A stretch of 63,632 bases of DNA, filler included, from Aduncisulcus paluster (GCA_024181965.1; 23 parts of 23 records of this genome joined end to end with filler, not necessarily neighbours in it), one strand, 5' to 3'. Numbered from the whole stretch's first letter, positions 21,924 to 33,735 are shown. The notes: generated by a model not told the origin, from the sequence alone. Made by a program: numbers and translations.

Positions 21924-22195
21924 ACCTGACGTTTCTAAAAAACGCATTTTTCAGGCGGGAGGCTTCTTTTGGTGGTTCTTCAAGCCATGGTGTCCATTTT
22001 TTTTTATTCCCGTGCAGTACAGTTCTTGATCGATTCTGGTTATAGAGTATTATTGTTCCTCCAACTCCAGGAGTTGAACTCCAGGAGTTGAACTCCTCGA
22101 GAGTTACTCCCAATAGATCTCTCCCCTACCTGACGTTTCTAAAAAACGCATTTTTCAGGCGGGAGGTTCTATTGGGGCTCTTCGTGCCATGTTCT
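21924..22195. repeat. Two direct copies of a hairpin-forming element flanking a palindromic 14-bp tandem repeat
   Basis: 39-bp exact repeat ACCTGACGTTTCTAAAAAACGCATTTTTCAGGCGGGAGG at 21924 and 22128, with imperfect extension. (AACTCCAGGAGTTG)x2.4 at about 22063-22096. Confidence 0.85.
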
Positions 22196-23530
22196 TGACC
22201 CGGTCAAGGGTTCTTTTTTTTACTATTTTTACTCACCGCGTGTTTTCACGATGGTGCAATTTGAACAATCTTTTTGCATGTTGTCGCTTTGCGACGCATC
22301 GCAAATTGAATTTGTTCAATTGAAATTTGGATCTGGATGAGAATTCCTAGATGAGTTTCTTCATAATTGAATTTTGTTGTCGCTTTCATTTTTGTTGTAA
22401 ATTTATTAATAAATTATTGAAAGAATTTTCTGTGCAAGAAAACAAGAACATTCGCCGACATTGAGTCAATGCTCTTACAGACAAGTTGTCTGTGCAGAAA
22501 CTGAAATATTCGAAAAAAGTACGGAAGTCTTGTCATTGATCGAACTTTGTCCAGATAATCCAGTACGTTCGTAAGGTCTTATTCCAAGTATTTTCGAACT
22601 TCGAAGAGCTTTGAAGGCTTTCGAGCCTCGAAATTCGAGGAGAGCAAGTAATCTAGCGGGTTTCACGGGGACTTTTCAATTTCTAGAAGGATTTTCGTTG
22701 TTTTTATCTCGTTTTCCTATCTCATGAGAACATCACCGGGTATGAAGACCACCATTGTTCGAAAGCAGAAAAAAAATCAAAACCAAACACCCTCAGCTAT
22801 TTGACTATTTGGGAGTTGGATTTGGTGATGCAAATAGATGATTGGCTTCGACTTTACAGAGATGTAAATTTACAGAATATGATGGGGAAATCAATTCTTT
22901 GTATAGAGAAGGTTCAGATGAGAATATTTCTTTTTGGTGATTTGAAATTATTGATACTGGACCAAATAAATCCATAATTGAGAATATTGTTCAACCAAAA
23001 GAACTCCTTTGGATGAAAATGAGGCACTCCAAATTTGATTCTCACTGAGAAGCAGCTTCTCAGAAGCTGGCAGCCTTGAAATTCCTGGCGATTGCAAATG
23101 TATTTATTTCATTCCATAGATTCTAACAACAGTTTTGAAACCTGTTGTACATTTTTCAACAGACAAATCGGTCGTGGAATTGACAAAACAAATCAAACCA
23201 AATTAAGTTTGCAACCAACATGTTTGTTTTATGATTCGTCGAGTGTTGTACAACCTCCTATTTCATTTTCTTCAATAATGAGATGAAAGAGAGAGCAGGC
23301 CAGAACACAACTGTACTATAATGGAAATTATCATTTGGTCCTGGTACGGTTCAACTAAACGATCCAAATGATATAAATTACCATAAGAAATGACTCAATC
23401 TCGTGAAAAGTACAATTTTGATGTCATAGATAGTTTAACAATCATAGGGATGCAGCTTGTGTGTTCTAAAAACTACTTTCAAAGACAACTTGATGTTTGT
23501 AACACAGGTCTGGAAAGAAAGTCAGATGGC

Positions 23531-24103
23531 TTATGGAACTTCCGAAAATGAATGTAAAGAATGTAATTTTGTGCAATATTTCCCCTTTTCACATATTCCT
23601 CTCAGCCAATCAAGACACACTCCCTTCTTACCCTTTGAACCAAAAATTTCTTTCATCTTTCCTGCCTGTTCTCTTTTAAAATCTTGCATAAGAGTCCCAC
23701 GTTTCTCTTTTTTATCCATAATGAGAGCTTCTGTTTCCATACTTAATAAACTCTTGGTCATTTGTTTGGAGAATTGTTTGGAATCTGAAGAACGGATTAA
23801 TAATGGAATACCATAATCTAAATCTGACAAGCAAAACTGGCAGCAATTCATTCGAAAAGAGCAACGGAAACAGAGAACAGTTTCAATCGGAAACATTTTA
23901 TCATCTTTGACAAAAGAAAACAAGTCAAATTGTCTTCCACATCTTGGGCATACACTTCCTAAGTCTTCTTTGTTCTATAAAAAAAAAAAATGGATGAATT
24001 TTAGATTGATATCCTATCTGCAACCAAAAAAAAAATATTCACGTACAAATTCAATAGTATCATGTTTTCCTACACATTTCGAACAAATATTAACTTGGGC
24101 CAT
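23531..24103 (-). CDS. RBM22: RBM22/Slt11 (Cwc2/Ecm2-related) splicing factor; two exons (24103-24047, 23974-23531), about 166 aa
   Basis: Spliced product MAQVNICSKCVG..TIEF|NKEDLGSVCPRCGRQFDLF...LCFRCSFRMNCCQFCLSDLDYGIP matches the RBM22 N-terminal Zn module, followed by a CCCH finger (CLDWLRGICEKGKYCTKLH). Intron 24046-23975 is GTACGT...polyT-ATAG. Confidence 0.8.
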
Positions 24104-24331
24104 TAGCAAAACATAATTTTTTCAAAATAAGCAAAAATATCTATTTTTATATCCTTGAAACATTAATTTTAATAATTATTATATACTAAATTTTTTGTTA
24201 TTTGAAATTATTTTTTTCAAAAAATATGTTTTAAATTATCTAAATTTAGATATTTTTGTCAGTGTTAGATTCATCCTAACATTATTTGATACATATCAAC
24301 GGATAAAAAATAATTTATTTATTGGCTCTTA

Positions 24332-24888
24332 TTATTCTTCTTCTTCTTCATCTTTGCGGGCAAGCCGTATGGCTTTTCGAAATTGTTCAGCTATATCATC
24401 CAATCTTTTTACAGCTCTACGACAGGCATTTCCCAGGGCCAAATCCGGGGTATACGCCTGAGATATTTCAGATTTATCTTCGGCATCTAATACTTTGAGA
24501 GATTTTCCTGTTGTATGAATCCTTAGTACAATATAAGGTTCTAAAGGATGAGGTTGTTTATAACCAGCAAATAATACTTGAGTTTCTTTTTCATCTCTGC
24601 TTCCAGTTTTCCATCCATCGCGATTTAGAAGTTCGCTTTAATTTAGAGATAGAAATAAACACAATGTTAATCGTCGAAGGTTCCAAAAAAAATCACAAAA
24701 GAACGACAATGAGAAATAATATTATAAAACACATACATTCTAAGAATATTTCCAACTGTATGATCATATGTATCAAGCTTATATTCAGAAGTGAATTCTT
24801 GTTTTTCGATTGGAGTAATTGTAAACCATTTTCCCTGCTGAAAATCATCAGGTTTCTTCATTTTTTCTCTTTCGGGTACATTATCCAT
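24332..24888 (-). CDS. RPB11: RNA polymerase II subunit Rpb11; two exons (24888-24737, 24635-24332), 151 aa
   Basis: YDHTVGNILRI|ELL...QVLFAGYKQPHPLEPYIVLRIHTT...YTPDLALGNAC. A phase-2 intron 24736-24636 (GTATGT...TAAAG) restores the frame. Confidence 0.88.
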
Positions 24889-25101
24889 ATTATTAGTGGT
24901 ATTATATCTTAGATAATAGACAAATTAGACAATCGATCAAGGTCTAGAAAAAGAGGGCGCGAATTATTTGAATACTGATAAATCACACGTTAAACGAGGT
25001 TGATTGTTTTAAATTTAAATTTATTTGTTTTTTCATTCGAGAAATCACGTTTTCCTGGGATTTTTCTGAACTACGCAATATAACATTCTTTTAAATTTAT
25101 T

Positions 25102-27426
25102 ATGGATGATAACAATGATGGTTTAAATCTAAGACCAGCATCTGCACCCTCATCCAGACAGTATAAGGATTTCCCTAGAATTGTTCGTAAGTCTCTCGGA
25201 AAAGAGCAATCTCCCGAAGCAATGTCTATCATTCCAGTTGAAAGTCAGGTTAAACAGCGGCCTTATAGTCAAGAAACTCGAGTTATTACTAGTAGTCTTG
25301 ATTCTGGCGACAGGATAAAAGAAGAGAGTTCTCAATCTGAGGCCAAAGAAAAGGTTCACTTTGATGTTACTGATAAGCATATAGATTATTTTCATACTCC
25401 ATCTTCTAGTACTCCGCAGACTAGGCCAGTTTCTTTGGTTGTGGTTGAGTTTTATGATATTCCTTTACTTATGGATGAAGTGGGAGGTGTTCTATCAAGT
25501 AGTATGTCATTAAAAGATGAAGAGGAGAAAATATCTATTCCACAAAAAGAAATCATCTCGAAACAGATTTCCCACGTCAATTTTGAAGAAAGTGATGAAA
25601 TTGATTTTGGAGATTCTAGTGAGGAAAATCCATTATTTCCTTCCAATAAGAATCGAATTCGGCTCCATTATCCATCATCTGCCTCTATTGATGCCGTGTC
25701 TCATGCTCTGGTTCATGAACTCCCGTCTCATCCACATACCCAAAGTCAAACGTGGGTTTGTGAACAGACTGGCGTGACTGTTCGGGTGGTAACGGTGTTA
25801 GACATGACTCTTGGAGATATTTTAACTCGACTTGGGGTTGAATCAATTGATGGTGTATATTCTATCGGTGTTGTGTGTGGAATTGAGGCTCTACGGCCTT
25901 CTTCTGCTCCATCATTCGATCAAATGGGCTCTGTTAGGAGTAGAGCGACAAGGGAGAGGGTGGGAAAGATGAGAGATACTTTATTGGAGTTTAACCCCCA
26001 ATGATGCACATTCTTGTTCCCTATTTTCTTTCGAAGAGGAGGAAGAGGAAGAAGAGGAGAGCAAAGATGATGGAGTGAAGGATGAAGAAGAAATATTGGA
26101 ATTTAGGAAAGATGAAATTGTGGAGGATAAGACCATTGAAAATACTGTTATCAATTTGGTACCAACCTTATCGAATTCAAGCGAAATCCGTTCTGCAGTG
26201 AGTTCAGCGATATCCCACTCCCTTCCTCCCTTGAATACCTTTGGAACATGTCATGCAGACCCCTTGTTCATGTTCTATTTTAAGGTTCCTTCCTTATTCC
26301 AGGGGCTGTTGAAGATTCCTGAACTTTTTCAGAAGGGAATAACATGTGGCAGTGAGAAATCAGTTGAAATCAAAGATGGGGGCCAATCATATTCTTCTGT
26401 TAAAGGCTCATTTATCAAAGATATGCAATCTGGAGTCGAATACAAACTTGATCTCCGAAGAAGAAGAAGAAGAGGAAGAAGAGGAGGTTGCTTCTTTGGT
26501 GAAATCAAGTTCATCTGCGGATCCAATGCGTTTAAAGAGAGCTTTATCTTGTCCTAAAAAACCTATAAGTGATGTTAACTTTGCTAATTATTCATTTTTC
26601 TTCATAATACATGATATGTACGGTGTTTTGCGTGGTATTCTTGATCGAGCAACAGATCCGCATGCTTCTGCGGCTTTTAGAGTTTTTTTAAGCATGTTTC
26701 GTCTGCTTCCCCATCCTGGATGTCGGCCAGATCGGCCATTGGAAAATCAGGAAATCTGCAAACAAAATAACTCCCGGGCTAGAAATTTAAGGGTATCAAC
26801 GATGCTGATATTCCCTTTGTTTTTACTTTTGTGTCATATATTCATTGATTTAGTGTCTTCTGTCAGTGTTGATCCCCTCGACAATTTATATATTCGAGGT
26901 CTTGCGAGATCTGTTTTATTTTTGACCGAACATCCCGTGTTTTTCTTCTCTTTTGCCATTATATTGTTCGTTCTCCTCTTTGTTATAGTTCTCCTTCCTT
27001 TATATGGAGTGCAATTATCTGTCTGTGGTGTCAGCAAGACGATGTGTGATGTGAGCACTGAAGTAAGCAATGGGTCTTGTGATATCGGGTTTAAGGTTAA
27101 AAGGGAATTTAAGGTGTTGAAGTTGAACAAATTGCATGTTAATGCTTACAAAACATACTCAAATAATCAAAGAAAAGAAGAAGAAGAGGGAAGAAGAAGA
27201 AGAAAATGAAGAGAAACAAGAAGAAAATGAAGAGAAACAAGAAGAAAAGGAAGAGAAAGAAGAGAAACAAGAAGAAGAAGAGAAAGAAGGAGAAGAAGAG
27301 AAAGAAGAACAAGAGGAAGAGAAAGAAGAGGAAAAGGAATCTTCATCGTCAAAGATCATTTCAACAATTATTTCCTCCTTTTTCCCTGGTTTTAATTATG
27401 CTGATGTTCAATCGATTCATGAATGA
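25102..27426 (+). CDS. Hypothetical acidic membrane protein split over four ORFs (frameshifted, intron-containing or pseudogene)
   Basis: Successive same-strand ORFs 25102-26004, about 26000-26557, 26346-27209 and 27136-27426 with similar composition, poly-Glu tracts and two hydrophobic segments. Confidence 0.45.
27170..27340 (+). repeat. GAA-rich purine microsatellite (poly-Glu/Lys tract)
   Basis: Near-continuous GAA/GAG/AAA repeats, including the duplicated unit GAAGAAAATGAAGAGAAACAA. Confidence 0.9.
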
Positions 27427-27483
27427 TGTTTTCATATTCAATATTTAATAAATAATATCGATGAGAATTTTTATCTATAAATT

Positions 27484-28731
27484 TTATCGAAATCCCCTCG
27501 AGTATTGAAATATTTTATGTTTTTTCCTTTCTCTGTTCACCATAATACCATCAACGAATGTACACAACCAATAATTAAACGAACTTCTTGTATTCTCAGC
27601 TCTTCCGTCATTTCCGATGCTTAAAGAGACACAGCCAGCGTCTTCATATTCCCATATTCCATCCGAAACACCTTGATCTTTCCCCAGCATATCCCCACTT
27701 TCGTGGATGTGTCCATGAACAGTAAATGAGGGGGGATGGAGGGGCTCATATTCTTTATCAAATTCATGAATTAATTTCTTTTTGCTATCATTGCTATGGC
27801 CTTTCAGTTCTTCAAGGAGACGTCTCATTCCAACACTTCCATTATGTGCAGAATTGTGACACTTATCAAGAATTCCATGTGGAGGACAGTGGGTAAGCCA
27901 TGCAACGGACCCAATGGGATCATGAGAGTGTTTGATATCTCTGTGAGCGGTTGTATGAAGAGAAAGCATATCTGTTTCAATGCACACATCTCCCCCAAGC
28001 TCACCCTCACTCAGTCCCATCCCATCGCCTTGGGAAACAGAGAATAGTCCATTGCGAATAGCTGGTTCATTTCCTCTGGCTGCAAGATCGTGGGAAATTC
28101 CCAATAAACTATCATTCCAACTCTCATAATCCTTAAATATCTTCCGAGAAACAGGAACATATGGATATAACACAAATCTGAGACCACTGGGACCACGAAC
28201 AATCCCTTGTTCCATGAGAAATACAGAATGTGGATAAGAATGAGCAGATAAAAAGGATGTTATTTTTTCAACTTTACCATCAGTGGAATTGATTCCATTA
28301 GTGTGGGAATGAATTGTTCCATATACAGCATTACTGTGTTGTTGAGTCGTAATTGTATCGTGGTGGCCAATTATTTCTCTAAAACAAATGTTATTTGAAG
28401 AATTGGTGGCAAATTGGAATATCTGGTTATCACTTGGAACAATAACTTCTTTGGGAACAGGAAACTGTTTTTGAAGTGCATTAAATGATACTGAAAAATC
28501 AGTATTTCCAGGAATCATAAGTATTGGACACGGAGAATGGAGAGACAGTTGGTTGATTTGGTGTTTCAGAAAATAAAAAGATGATTCAACTGTGTGCATG
28601 ATTTTTGGAGGTGACAAATCACCAACAATAACAGCAAGGTCAATATCTAAATCCTTCTTCAAAACTTGAGCCAAAGCAAAATAATGTTTCGAGTTCCCAT
28701 GAATATCGGCCGTAAAAAGAATTTTTGACAT
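27484..28731 (-). CDS. Calcineurin-like metallophosphoesterase
   Basis: Metal-ligand motifs ADIHG, GDL, PGNTD, THCPP and HGHIHE. Confidence 0.88.
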   Translation of the reverse strand: MSKILFTADIHGNSKHYFALAQVLKKDLDIDLAVIVGDLSPPKIMHTVESSFYFLKHQINQLSLHSPCPILMIPGNTDFSVSFNALQKQFPVPKEVIVPSDNQIFQFATNSSNNICFREIIGHHDTITTQQHSNAVYGTIHSHTNGINSTDGKVEKITSFLSAHSYPHSVFLMEQGIVRGPSGLRFVLYPYVPVSRKIFKDYESWNDSLLGISHDLAARGNEPAIRNGLFSVSQGDGMGLSEGELGGDVCIETDMLSLHTTAHRDIKHSHDPIGSVAWLTHCPPHGILDKCHNSAHNGSVGMRRLLEELKGHSNDSKKKLIHEFDKEYEPLHPPSFTVHGHIHESGDMLGKDQGVSDGIWEYEDAGCVSLSIGNDGRAENTRSSFNYWLCTFVDGIMVNRERKKHKIFQYSRGFR

Positions 28732-29488
28732 CTTAAAATTTAATAATGGGATTATAATGAAAATAATTTTGGATTGTAAATTCTTATTAGGTGTGAATTC
28801 AGCAAAAAAAAAAAGAAATCATTCAATGTAAGGGTGAATTACCTTCAGCCGGGGATTCCCGGCTGGTTGGGAATTTCCCGGCTACTCGTAATAAGTTTCC
28901 CGGCTACTCGTAAATTCCTTTTTTCTTGGGAAATAAAGATAACCAATTAATATTGTTGGTTATTTTATAACCTTTATAATGGTGGTGGAGCAATTTTATT
29001 AATTATGAATAGAAGAATGCCCGGAGAGAATCAAAAAGTAAACTGAAAATATATACAAAAACTTTCATCTACGATCTCTGGTAATAACGTAGTAATAAAC
29101 ATTCTAATATTGAAATAATTATATTAATTAAAATCCTATTATAAAATATGCGTTAAATATTCAATAATAAAACTTATTAAAGAAAACAATAAAAACGTCT
29201 GCTTTTGGCAACAGCGGTGTTATTCAAACAATATAAACAAAAATTAAAACAATGGATGAGTAATATGTATAGTACAGTATAAAAATTACGAATTCAATGT
29301 GCGGTTAGCATGTATGAGATCATTGTCATTTATGTCGGGATCATTTATGTTGTTTGAAGCTTTTCATTTATCCCCCTGCTGTTTCTTTGAAGCCTTTTTA
29401 TGATTTTCTTCATAATGCTGTGCAGCTATTCGTTTGCTTGTTTTGGAAGTGGCTGAAATTCGGGTACGTCCACGTCGCCTTTTCCCTA

Positions 29489-29588
29489 NNNNNNNNNNNN
29501 NNNNNNNNNNNNNNNNNNNNNNNNNNNNNNNNTTAATTAATTAANNNNNNNNNNNNNNNNNNNNNNNNNNNNNNNNNNNNNNNNNNNN
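29489..29588. other. Artificial contig spacer N44-TTAATTAATTAA-N44 (first of 22)
   Basis: Identical 100-nt spacers start at 29489, 30972, 32484, 33815, 35181, 36776, 37960, 39425, 40847, 42253, 43459, 47308, 48737, 49930, 51175, 52313, 53658, 55118, 56435, 57658, 60837 and 62324. The core gives stops in all six frames. Confidence 0.98.
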
Positions 29589-29855
29589 TCTCGAGTAATT
29601 TTCTACATTATTGGATATAGGATAAGTTGAACATGTTCTTATTTTGTGGAATATTAAGAAATCTAAAAAGTTCAAAAAGTTTCCATGGAAGTTCCATATG
29701 TTTACATTAAGTTATTTTAATGGCCGCTGTTAGAGTAAAAATTAAATTTTATTCACAACAAGATATTTTCTTGAATTATTAATCGTCTTATTGCTAAATT
29801 TCGACCGTTATCAAAAAATCGCTTTCTTTTGATTTTTGGTGCCATAAAATCTCAC

Positions 29856-30971
29856 ATGAAGTTATTATTTGTGGCTTTCCTTGCTCTCTTTGCCATCGCT
29901 TTGGCTAAACCTGTTGAATACCCTTATGCTATGAAGAAAGGTTCTATTGATCTTACAACAACTGCCAACATGTACGATTTGGATTTCCTTGCCACATTTG
30001 AAGATGATGTAATGAAAGTTGCTGATATCTTGGCATCCACTTTCCCCGATTTATTAACTTCTAACTGGGAAGGATACGTTGGATACCAAGAGATCCACAA
30101 TCTCATTGAAAACAATGTGTGGTCCTCAGTCACTGTTAAATATAACAACAATATTTTGTATTTGTATGCTGCTGTCATGGATTTCGTTTGTAGTACTCAA
30201 GTTATTGCTCTCGCTCAGGATGCTCCATACACTCTCCATGGAAACCTCTACAACACCCTGAACTTTGACAAAGCCAACTTTGGTGTTGATTTGAGTATCC
30301 CCCACGACACCTTCGAACATCTCTTTGTTGATTGGACCGTTACTTACAGAACTCAACCATCTGCTAATCCCACTGTTGGAAGAGCCATTGGTATTGTTGG
30401 TCTTCCAGGATTTTACATGGCTTCGACCAATGAAAGCACTTTTACTGTGGCTTCTATCAGTTCTGATCTCGAAAGCCTATACGATAATGGTGGAGTTTAT
30501 TATGCTCTCGACACCATTAGATCTGGTAAGGAGAATGATATTGTCGTGGGAACTTACTGGCTTCGTGACATGATGTTCAATAAGATTGGCAATCCATGTA
30601 CCGATTTGGATGGTATTGCCATTGTTGCTTATGAGTATTTAGTCGCTTGCACTTTTGATGATAGCACTACAAGTCAGATTATTTCTACTGGTACACTCAC
30701 TGATGGTCATTCCATAGCTGATGACGGGGATGCTGTTGCTGCTGTCGCTGGTTACTCCTACTCTGGTGCGTACTCCCGTGACGGATGTGATGACGACTCT
30801 GGCAAACCCTGTGATGCTCCTCCCAGTTACCTCACCTACGATCCTCTTTCCTTCGTCTTCGACAACCTTGAGGGTCGTGGAAGCAAGAAGAACACTGCCG
30901 ATTACATTTCTAACTTCATTTTCAGGTCTTATCCTGTCCGTTATGGTCAAACCGTTGCTTCTGTTTCCATG
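29856..30971 (+). CDS. Secreted protein, acid ceramidase/NAAA-like Ntn-hydrolase (3' partial)
   Basis: Signal peptide MKLLFVAFLALFAIALA. DFVCSTQVIA...LHGN and GLPGFYMA...FTV resemble the CTSIVA..IHGRN and FAGYVG..FS segments. Confidence 0.45.
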
Positions 30972-31071
30972 NNNNNNNNNNNNNNNNNNNNNNNNNNNNN
31001 NNNNNNNNNNNNNNNTTAATTAATTAANNNNNNNNNNNNNNNNNNNNNNNNNNNNNNNNNNNNNNNNNNNN

Positions 31072-31520
31072 CGAACATCAGCAACTATCAATGCGGTCTT
31101 TGCAGATTTCGCGATGATGAACAAACTTCTCGCTCGAATGGCTCTCATAGCTCGATTCTTCAACTTCATTTCATAATGCTGTCGCGCAATCATTGGAACC
31201 GTATGGCACCATTGGACATTCTTTCTGAATCCATTGATAATCATATGGCGCAATCTTTGTTCTTGACATAGAGTATATTTATGCAGAAGATCTTTATCAC
31301 GACGAGCCTTCATATAATATTTTTTAAAACCAATAAAACCTTTGTGGACTAACGATTGAATGTAATGGAGGTCTGCTATCTTTGTTTTTTCCTCCTCAAT
31401 CTTCTTGGAAACCACAGCATTCACATAAAGTGCCGTTATAACTCGTTTCTTTGCCTGCTTAAAGGAAAATTCAACAGCTTTTGCATATTTAATTCTTGAT
31501 TCAGTCGAAAAATCATCCAT
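31072..31520 (-). CDS. Hypothetical helical protein with Sfi1-like repeats (3' partial)
   Basis: ADLHYIQSLVHKGFIGF and ARQHYEMKLKNRAM resemble Sfi1 centrin-binding repeats, but the Trp is not conserved. Confidence 0.3.
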
Positions 31521-31847
31521 ATATATATAAATACTTTGGCAAATGGGGAAAAGAAAATTAGATTTTCGAAAAGACAATTGCACAGGAAATAATTAGCTTG
31601 GATCACTTAATATTTTAATGAAAAAGATAATACAAATTCTAATTATTGATAAAACGGAGTGTATAACGATGTAGAATGCTCGTCATCTTCACCCTCTTCT
31701 ACAAATCCTAAAAGAAATTGTTTTTTTGTGAAAAGAAAATATTTATGCATATTAAGCATAATATCAATAAAATAATTTGTTCTATAATTCAGATCTACTA
31801 TTTAGATTTCACTCTCTCATATAGGGCCTTTGTATATTATCAAGAAA

Positions 31848-32483
31848 ATGGTATGTTATGATTTACTTTTTATATCTGTATTACAATATCTTTTTCAGCT
31901 TATTTAACAGATTGTTTTAAATAGGAATTGTTTAAGCAATTTAATTTTCTTGCACCTAGTATAAGTGATGATATTGACTTAATTTCAGCCAAATCTTTTG
32001 TAAAACCGCCGTATAATATCGTTATTGGTGGTTTAAAAGATGGATCTATTATATTTTGGGATTTACCCTCACCTTTTTTCAGTTACAGGCCTGGAACAGC
32101 TTTTGACAGCCCAAAATTTTTAATTAATTCTACAAAAAAACTTGTTTCATCCGATCTTATTCTGGAAAACAATTATATATCAAAAGAAGATGCCGATACA
32201 ACATTTCCGCTTAAAGAACCTTCCTCAAAAGGTAAAATTCAACTCAATCCAAATATTCATGCACATTCCGATGCAATTACCAGCATCTGTTTTATAAAGA
32301 CTCTATTTTCAAAAGATTCATCGCAATATCTATTGACTTCCAGTTATGACTGCAAAATCAAGCTCTGGCGATTATCCATGGGGCATATTGAATCTAAAAC
32401 CCAATCTAGTTCATCTAAACTTATTTATCTTGATCATATACAAACCATAGCCGAACATTCTCATCCTATTCGCTATCTCATCC
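31848..32483 (+). CDS. WD40-repeat protein (3' partial) with an intron directly after the start codon
   Basis: ATG|GTATGT...TTTAAATAG|GAA TTG (intron 31851-31924). GGLKDGSIIFWD and AHSDAITSI...LTSSYDCKIKLW. Confidence 0.72.
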
Positions 32484-32583
32484 NNNNNNNNNNNNNNNNN
32501 NNNNNNNNNNNNNNNNNNNNNNNNNNNTTAATTAATTAANNNNNNNNNNNNNNNNNNNNNNNNNNNNNNNNNNNNNNNNNNNN

Positions 32584-33735
32584 CTTAATCTCTCAGACAA
32601 TTTCGATGACCTTTTTTGTGGTTTTAACCATACGAACTTCCCCGTTTCAATATCAGGAAGTTTGACCCTCCTTTGTCTTTCTTTTTCATGCCTATCCTGA
32701 ATTTCTCTTGCCAGTTCATGAAATTTATCCAGTTTGTCACGATATGATTTCACAAATTCAATCGATCTCTCCTTAGTTTGTTTGTTGCTTAATTTTAGAT
32801 CCTCGATATGAATAGATTTCTTGAACAAATCCATCATCTCTGTTCCTTTTCGTGCGAAAGCCATTTCGAAAGGAGTGAGGCCTGTACTGCTATTTACTTG
32901 TGTGTTCATATAAAAACGACATATGTAAATAGCTTCATCCCATTCGTCCTTCCTAATCTTCCTTGAACCAAGAATTGCTTTCAGAAATCTTAATAATTCT
33001 TTGTTACTTCTTTCGACAATCCCATTTCCTTGAGGGTTTTCAACAATAACTCGGTGATGCTTGAGGCCAAGGGATTTAATGATACACTCCCATAAAGAGT
33101 TCACGAACTGGCTCCCATTGTCAGATCGTATGATCCCTGGTACCCCATACCTGGTGATAAAACGATTAAGGAGAACCTTTCCAGCCTCTTCGGCTGATGT
33201 TGACTGAATGGGGAAGAGCTCGATAAACCTTGTGAAGGTGTCAATTGCCGACAAAACATATTTGTTTCCCCCAGATGATTCTCGAAATGGGCCGATAGTG
33301 TCAACAGCAATGCAGAAAAACGGGCGATCCTCCCATGTAACAGCTGGTGTAATAGTCTTTGGAATAGACATTCGATCACGTTGACAGATTAAACAGTCAT
33401 GTACAAAAGACGTCACATCTCTCTTCATCCCTTTCCATCTAACATCCAACTCCTTCAGACCACGCAGAGTAGCATTAATTCCAATATGGCGACTATCATG
33501 TACATGCCCAATTAATTCTTTCTTTAAAGGAACCGCCCCTTTCGGGATAAAGACAGAGCCGTCTTTAACATGTAAGCCCAAGTCATTTTGGGGCAAATCT
33601 TTGCATTCAGGGAACTTTTCCTGCTCTTCCACAATTCTCTGAATCCACATAGATTTCGAGTCAAGTCTGGCCACAGATTTCACTTGATGTCTTGGGATCA
33701 ATCCGGTGAGTCGCGACAGACAATCAGCGGCTTCT
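32584..33735 (-). mobile_element. Ty3/gypsy LTR retrotransposon pol fragment: integrase
   Basis: ADCLSR RNase H end, HHCC finger (HDSRHIG...CLIC), and DDE core (IAVDTIGP, IRSDNGSQF, NPQGNGIVERSN). Confidence 0.92.

Noticed and set aside
22063-22166. Mini CRISPR array
   Set aside because: Only two long repeats, no unique spacers of uniform length, no cas genes, and a eukaryotic context.
27159-27448. Short poly-Lys/Arg, poly-Ser/Phe and poly-Leu ORFs
   Set aside because: Alternative-frame and antisense readings of the GAA microsatellite.
362-28731. Non-standard nuclear code (TAA/TAG = Gln as in hexamitids)
   Set aside because: Conserved genes end at TAA (DHHC, DHCR7, Rpb11) where homologues end, and long ORFs are open in the standard code.
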